DNA of 64,000 bases from an uncultured Actinomycetes bacterium (GTDB taxonomy: Bacteria > Actinomycetota > Thermoleophilia > UBA2241). The notes under the pieces were generated by a model that ran no database searches, was not told where the DNA came from, and was given only the letters and a program-made list of their open reading frames with translations. The stretch covers positions 160,001 through 224,000 of the forward strand of contig CAVWIH010000014.1 in NCBI GenBank assembly GCA_963755025.1, written 5' to 3'. A program made the position numbers and the translations under genes. Shown one piece after another: positions 59,584 to 64,000 of this stretch. Numbering within the stretch: position 1 is the first letter of the stretch; every line of letters begins with the position of its first letter.

Positions 59584-61280
59584 AGACGCTCCTCGCCCTG
59601 CTGCGCGCCGCCCGGCCGCCGCGCGCCCGGGTCGCCGCCTCGGTCGTGCTCGGCATGACGTCGGTGCTGTCGGGGGTCGGGCTCATCGCCTTCGCCGGCT
59701 ACCTGATCAGCCGCGCGGCCGAGCGCCCGCCGGTGCTCTCGCTGGGCGTCGTCATCGTGGCCGTGCGCTGCTTCGGCCTCGCGCGCCCGCTGTCGCGCTA
59801 CTTCGAGCGCCTCACCTCGCACGACCTCGCCTTTCGCGTGCTGGCGCGCCTGCGCGTGAGCTTCTTCGCCAGGCTCGAACCGCTCGTGCCGGCCCGCCTC
59901 GAGGGCTACCGCAGGGGCGACCTGCTCACCCGCATGGTGGGCGACGTCGACGCCCTGCAGAACCTCTTTCTGCGCGGTCTGACGCCGCCGCTCGTCGCCC
60001 TGCTGTCCGGCGCCGCCTCGGTCGCGGTCTGCGCCGCCTACCTGCCGAACGCCGCGCTGGTGCTGGCCGGCGGCCTGCTGGCCGGAGGCGTCGTCGTACC
60101 CGTCGTCGCGGCGTACGCCGGACGGCGCTCGGGCGCCCGCCAGGCGAGCGCCCGCGCCGAGCTCACGGTCGAGCTCGTCGAACTGCTGCGCGGCGCCCCC
60201 GAGCTCGTGGTGCTGGGCGCCGACCGCGCCGCCCTCGAGCGCGTCGCGGCGCTCGACGCCGAGCTCACCGGACTGGCTCGCGCCGAGGCTCTGGCGAACG
60301 GCCTGGTCGAGGGCCTCGCCGTGGCCGTCGCCGGCCTGACCGTCGCCGGGGTGCTCGCCGTGTGCATCGCGGCGACCGCCGCCGGAGCCCTCGACCGCGT
60401 GCTGGTGGCCACGCTCGCCTTGCTGGCGATGGCCTCGTTCGAGGCGGTGGCGCCGCTGCCCTCGGCCGCTCTACGCCTGCAGGCCACGCTCAACTCGGGC
60501 CGGCGCCTGCTGGCTCTGGCCGACCGCGAGCCGGCCGTGACCGACCCCGCGGGGCCCGCCGCCCTGCCGGCCGGCTCGCAGCTCGCCCTCGACGACGTCG
60601 GCTTTGCCTACGGCGACGACGAGAGCTGGGACCTTCGCGGCCTCGACCTGCACCTGGCTCCCGGACGGCGCGTGGCGCTGGTCGGTCCCTCGGGCGCCGG
60701 CAAGAGCACCATCGCCGCCCTGCTGGTGCGCTTTCTCGACCCCGACGCCGGCCGCCTCACGCTGGCCGACCGCGACCTGCGCGACCTGCGCCAGCACGAC
60801 GTGCGCTCGCGCGTCACGCTCGACTCGCACGACGCCTACCTGTTCTCGACGACCATCCGCGAGAACGTGCGCCTGGCGCGACCCGGCGCGAGCGACGCCG
60901 AGATCGAGGGGGCGCTCGCCCAGGCCCGGGTCTGGGACTGGGTGCGGTCGTTGCCCGACGGCATGGACACCTTCGTCGGCGAAGAGGGCGCCGCCGTCTC
61001 GGGCGGCGAACGGCGGCGCATCGCCCTGGCGCGTACCTTCCTCGCCGGAGCGCCGGTGATCGTCCTCGACGAACCGACCGGCCACCTCGATCCCGAGACG
61101 GCCGAAGCCCTGATCGGCGACGCGCTGAGCGCCGCCGACACGCGCTCGGTCGTGCTCATCACGCACCGCCCCGAGGGGCTCGACCTCGTCGACGAGGTGC
61201 TCACGCTGCGCCGAGGGCGTATCGTCGACGTACGGCCGGTGCGGCGCCCGGCGGCGGCGCGCCTGCCGGCGCCGGTCTGA
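59580..61280 (+). CDS. cydC: Thiol/heme ABC exporter CydC
   Basis: YLISRAA, RYFERLTSHDLAFR, GPSGAGKST and SGGERRR. Confidence 0.92.
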   Translation: MKTLLALLRAARPPRARVAASVVLGMTSVLSGVGLIAFAGYLISRAAERPPVLSLGVVIVAVRCFGLARPLSRYFERLTSHDLAFRVLARLRVSFFARLEPLVPARLEGYRRGDLLTRMVGDVDALQNLFLRGLTPPLVALLSGAASVAVCAAYLPNAALVLAGGLLAGGVVVPVVAAYAGRRSGARQASARAELTVELVELLRGAPELVVLGADRAALERVAALDAELTGLARAEALANGLVEGLAVAVAGLTVAGVLAVCIAATAAGALDRVLVATLALLAMASFEAVAPLPSAALRLQATLNSGRRLLALADREPAVTDPAGPAALPAGSQLALDDVGFAYGDDESWDLRGLDLHLAPGRRVALVGPSGAGKSTIAALLVRFLDPDAGRLTLADRDLRDLRQHDVRSRVTLDSHDAYLFSTTIRENVRLARPGASDAEIEGALAQARVWDWVRSLPDGMDTFVGEEGAAVSGGERRRIALARTFLAGAPVIVLDEPTGHLDPETAEALIGDALSAADTRSVVLITHRPEGLDLVDEVLTLRRGRIVDVRPVRRPAAARLPAPV

Positions 61281-61389
61281 CCGGCCCGCAGCGCAAGCGC
61301 GCGCGTGCCGGCGAGGCCCGGCGCGGCGCGCCGGCGCGCGTGCCGGCGGCGTCCGGCGGGCAACAGCGAGACTCGACCAAGGAGGACGG

Positions 61390-61899
61390 ATGGACCTGTT
61401 CGAAGCGATCGGCGCGCGCTACAGCGTGCGCGGCTACACGGGCGACCCGATCGACGACGCCACACTCACACAGGTGCTCGAAGCGGCGCGCCGGGCCCCG
61501 ACGGCCTCCAATCGCCAGCCGTTTCGCTTGATCGTGGTGCACACCCGCGGCCGCGAGGACGAGCTGCTGCGCATCTACGGCCGGCCGTGGTTCGTGCAGG
61601 CGCCCCTTGTGCTGGCCATGGTCGCGGTGCCGGCCGAAGCCTGGCGGCGCTCCGACGACAAGCTCTACGACGAGGTCGACGCCACCATCGCCATGGACCA
61701 CCTCGTGCTCGCCGCGACCGCCCTCGGCCTGGGCACCTGCTGGATCGCGGCCTTCGACCCGGCGGCGGCGCGCGCGGTGCTGGGCCTGCCCGACGACGTC
61801 GAGCCGCTCGCCTTCACGCCCCTCGGGTTTCCCGACAAGCCCTCCGCGAACACCCCACGACGGCCCCTCGCAGAGATCGTCAAGTACGAGCGCTGGTGA
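61390..61899 (+). CDS. Nitroreductase family protein
   Basis: RYSVRGY, APTASNRQP and LAATALGLGTCWI. RBS AAGGAGG. Confidence 0.92.
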   Translation: MDLFEAIGARYSVRGYTGDPIDDATLTQVLEAARRAPTASNRQPFRLIVVHTRGREDELLRIYGRPWFVQAPLVLAMVAVPAEAWRRSDDKLYDEVDATIAMDHLVLAATALGLGTCWIAAFDPAAARAVLGLPDDVEPLAFTPLGFPDKPSANTPRRPLAEIVKYERW

Positions 61900-61965
61900 G
61901 CGAGCGGTGAGCGTCGCCCGAACGCCCGTCGGCCCAGCCGCCCGACCGCTGCCGCCGTGCCGCCC

Positions 61966-62442
61966 GTGAGCCCCGACGACCTCTGGAAGCTGCCGCCTGC
62001 GGCCAAGGTCTACGAGGCGTTCAGCGCCGTCACCGACGGCCGCGTACACCTGGGCGAGCCCGGGCGGGCCGAGGTCGTCTCGTCGGGGGGCGACCGGCGC
62101 TACGCGGTGGAGTGGTCCGACGACCTCGCCACCATCGGCGCCAACGACAACGCCTCGTACTGGCAGGGCTACCTCGGTTACCCCGCGCTGGCGGCGCTGC
62201 TCGCCGTCGGGGCGCTGCACGCCGACGCGGCCGTCGTCGCCCTGTTCGCCGGCGTGCCGTGGCACGACCTGAACGCGCGCTTCAAGCGCGACTACGAGGC
62301 GGCCGTCGACAGCGTGCTGACAGAGCTCGAGCGCGAGGGCGCCGACCGCGCGGCGATCGTCGCCGAGGTGGCCGGCGTGCTCGAGCAGCTCGCGGCGCTG
62401 GGCCTGCGCAGAGCGCCCCGCCGGCGCCGTCCGCCGCGCTAG
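61966..62442 (+). CDS. Hypothetical protein
   Basis: WKLPPAAKVYEAFSAV.DGRV, SSGGDRRY, NDNASYWQGYLGYP and W..LN..FKRDY look like conserved motifs, but no function is recognised. Confidence 0.75.
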   Translation: MSPDDLWKLPPAAKVYEAFSAVTDGRVHLGEPGRAEVVSSGGDRRYAVEWSDDLATIGANDNASYWQGYLGYPALAALLAVGALHADAAVVALFAGVPWHDLNARFKRDYEAAVDSVLTELEREGADRAAIVAEVAGVLEQLAALGLRRAPRRRRPPR

Positions 62443-62540
62443 CTAGTCGCCGCCGTCGCGCGCCGCACCGGCGAACGCGCGGCCGGCGCGCCACCGCCCC
62501 CCGCGCGCCGGCCGGCGACGGCGCCGCCCCTCGCGCGCCG

Positions 62541-63353
62541 CTAGACCAGGATGTCCTTGCGGCGGAACAGGTACCAGGCCACGGCCATGAAGCCGGCGAT
62601 GTAGGCGGCGAACGTGATCAACCCGGTGACGATCGGGTGCCACGAGATCGGCTGGCTGAGCAGGCCCTGCCAAGCGTCCATGTGGCTCGTGAACAGGTAG
62701 GGCTTCATGAAGTCGAAGTAGCTGAACGCGCCGAGGATGTTCATGACGATGAACACGACGAGCGCCCCGATCGCCGCCGTGAGGCTCGAATTGGTGAGGG
62801 TGGCGAACAGCAGCGCGAGCGACAGGATGCAGATCACGCTGACCAGCACGTAGAGGAACGACAGGAGCGTCAGCCACAGGCCGTGGGTCACGCTCACCGT
62901 CTGGCCCGAGAGCAGGGCGGGGGCGTGCAGCCCGAACGCCAGGGCGCCGCCGATCAGGCCGCCGACGAACACCAGCACCAGACCGATGATGACGTAGATG
63001 ATGGCGATGCCCCATTTCGAGGCGAGCACGCCGCCGCGGCTGATGGAGTGCATGAGCCAGGTCTTGATCGTGCCCGTCTCGGCTTCGCCGGCGAGCTGGT
63101 AGGCGCCGACCATCGAGGCCAGCAACGGCAGCAGAAAGCCGGTCAGCAGGAAGATCGCGGCGACCGGCATGAACAGGCCTTCGTGCTTGGCCAGCGAGAT
63201 CAGGCCGCCGGGGCCGTCGCCCCTGCGGTGGTTGTTGCGGTTCAGGTAGAGGGCCAGCGAGATGAGCAGGGGCACGGCCAGCAGGCCGGCCCAGCCCACG
63301 TAGCTGCGCTTCTGGTGGATCAGCTTGGTGAACTCGCGCCGCAGGAGCATCAT
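62541..63353 (-). CDS. ABC-2 type transporter permease
   Basis: AGEAETGTIKTWL...SRGGVLASK, six TM segments, ends FRRKDILV. Confidence 0.9.
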   Translation of the reverse strand: MMLLRREFTKLIHQKRSYVGWAGLLAVPLLISLALYLNRNNHRRGDGPGGLISLAKHEGLFMPVAAIFLLTGFLLPLLASMVGAYQLAGEAETGTIKTWLMHSISRGGVLASKWGIAIIYVIIGLVLVFVGGLIGGALAFGLHAPALLSGQTVSVTHGLWLTLLSFLYVLVSVICILSLALLFATLTNSSLTAAIGALVVFIVMNILGAFSYFDFMKPYLFTSHMDAWQGLLSQPISWHPIVTGLITFAAYIAGFMAVAWYLFRRKDILV

Positions 63354-64000
63354 TTCGCACCTCCCGAGACGCCGACCGCCCCGCCGGTATCGACATCGGA
63401 GCTCTGCGTGAGCCCCAGGAAGAAGTCTTCGAGACCCTGTTCGCGCGCCGGGATGACGGCGTCGACGCCGACGCCCGCCGCGACCAGACCGGCGACCATG
63501 CCGCGCACCGCGCCGTCGTCCGCCTGCACGATCAGATACTCCTCGTCGCGCGCGACGTTCTGGGCGCCCACCAGGGCGGCCACCACGTCGCGCGCCTTGT
63601 CCTGGTCGGCGGTGAGCAGCTTCACCGAAGAGTGCTCGGGGTGCAGCTCGCTCACGGGACCTTCGATCACGACCTTGCCCCTGTTGATGATCACCGCGCG
63701 GTTGCAGACCTGCTCGACCTCGTGGAGCAGGTGCGACGAGAGGAACACGGTGGTGCCGCGGTCACCCAGCTCGCGCACCAGCTCGCGCACGTCCTTCATG
63801 CCCTGCGGGTCGAGGCCGCTCGTGGGCTCGTCGAGAATGACGAGCTCGGGTGCGTTGATGAGCGCGTTGGCGATGCCCAGGCGCTGCTTCATGCCGTGCG
63901 AGTAGTCGCCGACCTTGGAGTCGGCGCGCTCGCGCAGGCCGACGATGTCGAGCACCTCGGCGATGCGCTCCTCGTCGACTGAGCCGTTCAGGCCGCCCAT
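63350..64000 (-). CDS. ABC transporter ATP-binding protein (5' end outside window)
   Basis: YSHGMKQRLGIA, ILDEPTSGLDP and LSSHLL. Confidence 0.92.
   Translation of the reverse strand: MGGLNGSVDEERIAEVLDIVGLRERADSKVGDYSHGMKQRLGIANALINAPELVILDEPTSGLDPQGMKDVRELVRELGDRGTTVFLSSHLLHEVEQVCNRAVIINRGKVVIEGPVSELHPEHSSVKLLTADQDKARDVVAALVGAQNVARDEEYLIVQADDGAVRGMVAGLVAAGVGVDAVIPAREQGLEDFFLGLTQSSDVDTGGAVGVSGGAK

Overview
High-GC bacterial chromosome segment, probably Actinomycetota and possibly Thermoleophilia-like (inferred from gene content and many leaderless TANNNT-N6-7-ATG starts). It holds about 50 housekeeping and accessory genes. Most of the long ORFs in the supplied track are antisense or shadow frames. 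Single-base indels split at least nine genes, most likely long-read consensus errors. From left to right: an AI-2E/LapA/MFS/DUF6325/SHOCT/SulP/DUF2252 membrane cluster; an intact IS982-family element inserted at a CTAG stop codon beside a 3x60-bp hairpin array; a large BadFG-type CoA-activase/dehydratase with a phosphotriesterase-like gene; a GmhB-like HAD protein lacking its catalytic residues; patB-glpK; a membrane-tethered ECF sigma factor; a GATase-like/DUF6421 fusion; a heavily frameshifted papain-family protease; typA; acr3-arsR with a divergent metallophosphoesterase; a MarR-ABC exporter; and an SDR-ndh-cydABDC-nitroreductase respiratory block. I found no rRNA, tRNA or CRISPR array. No single clearly new system stands out. 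The best leads are the GmhB pseudo-enzyme, the DUF6421 fusion, the CTAG-targeted IS with its GNA-hairpin array, inverted repeats at divergent promoters, and a possible NADPH-to-O2 chain.
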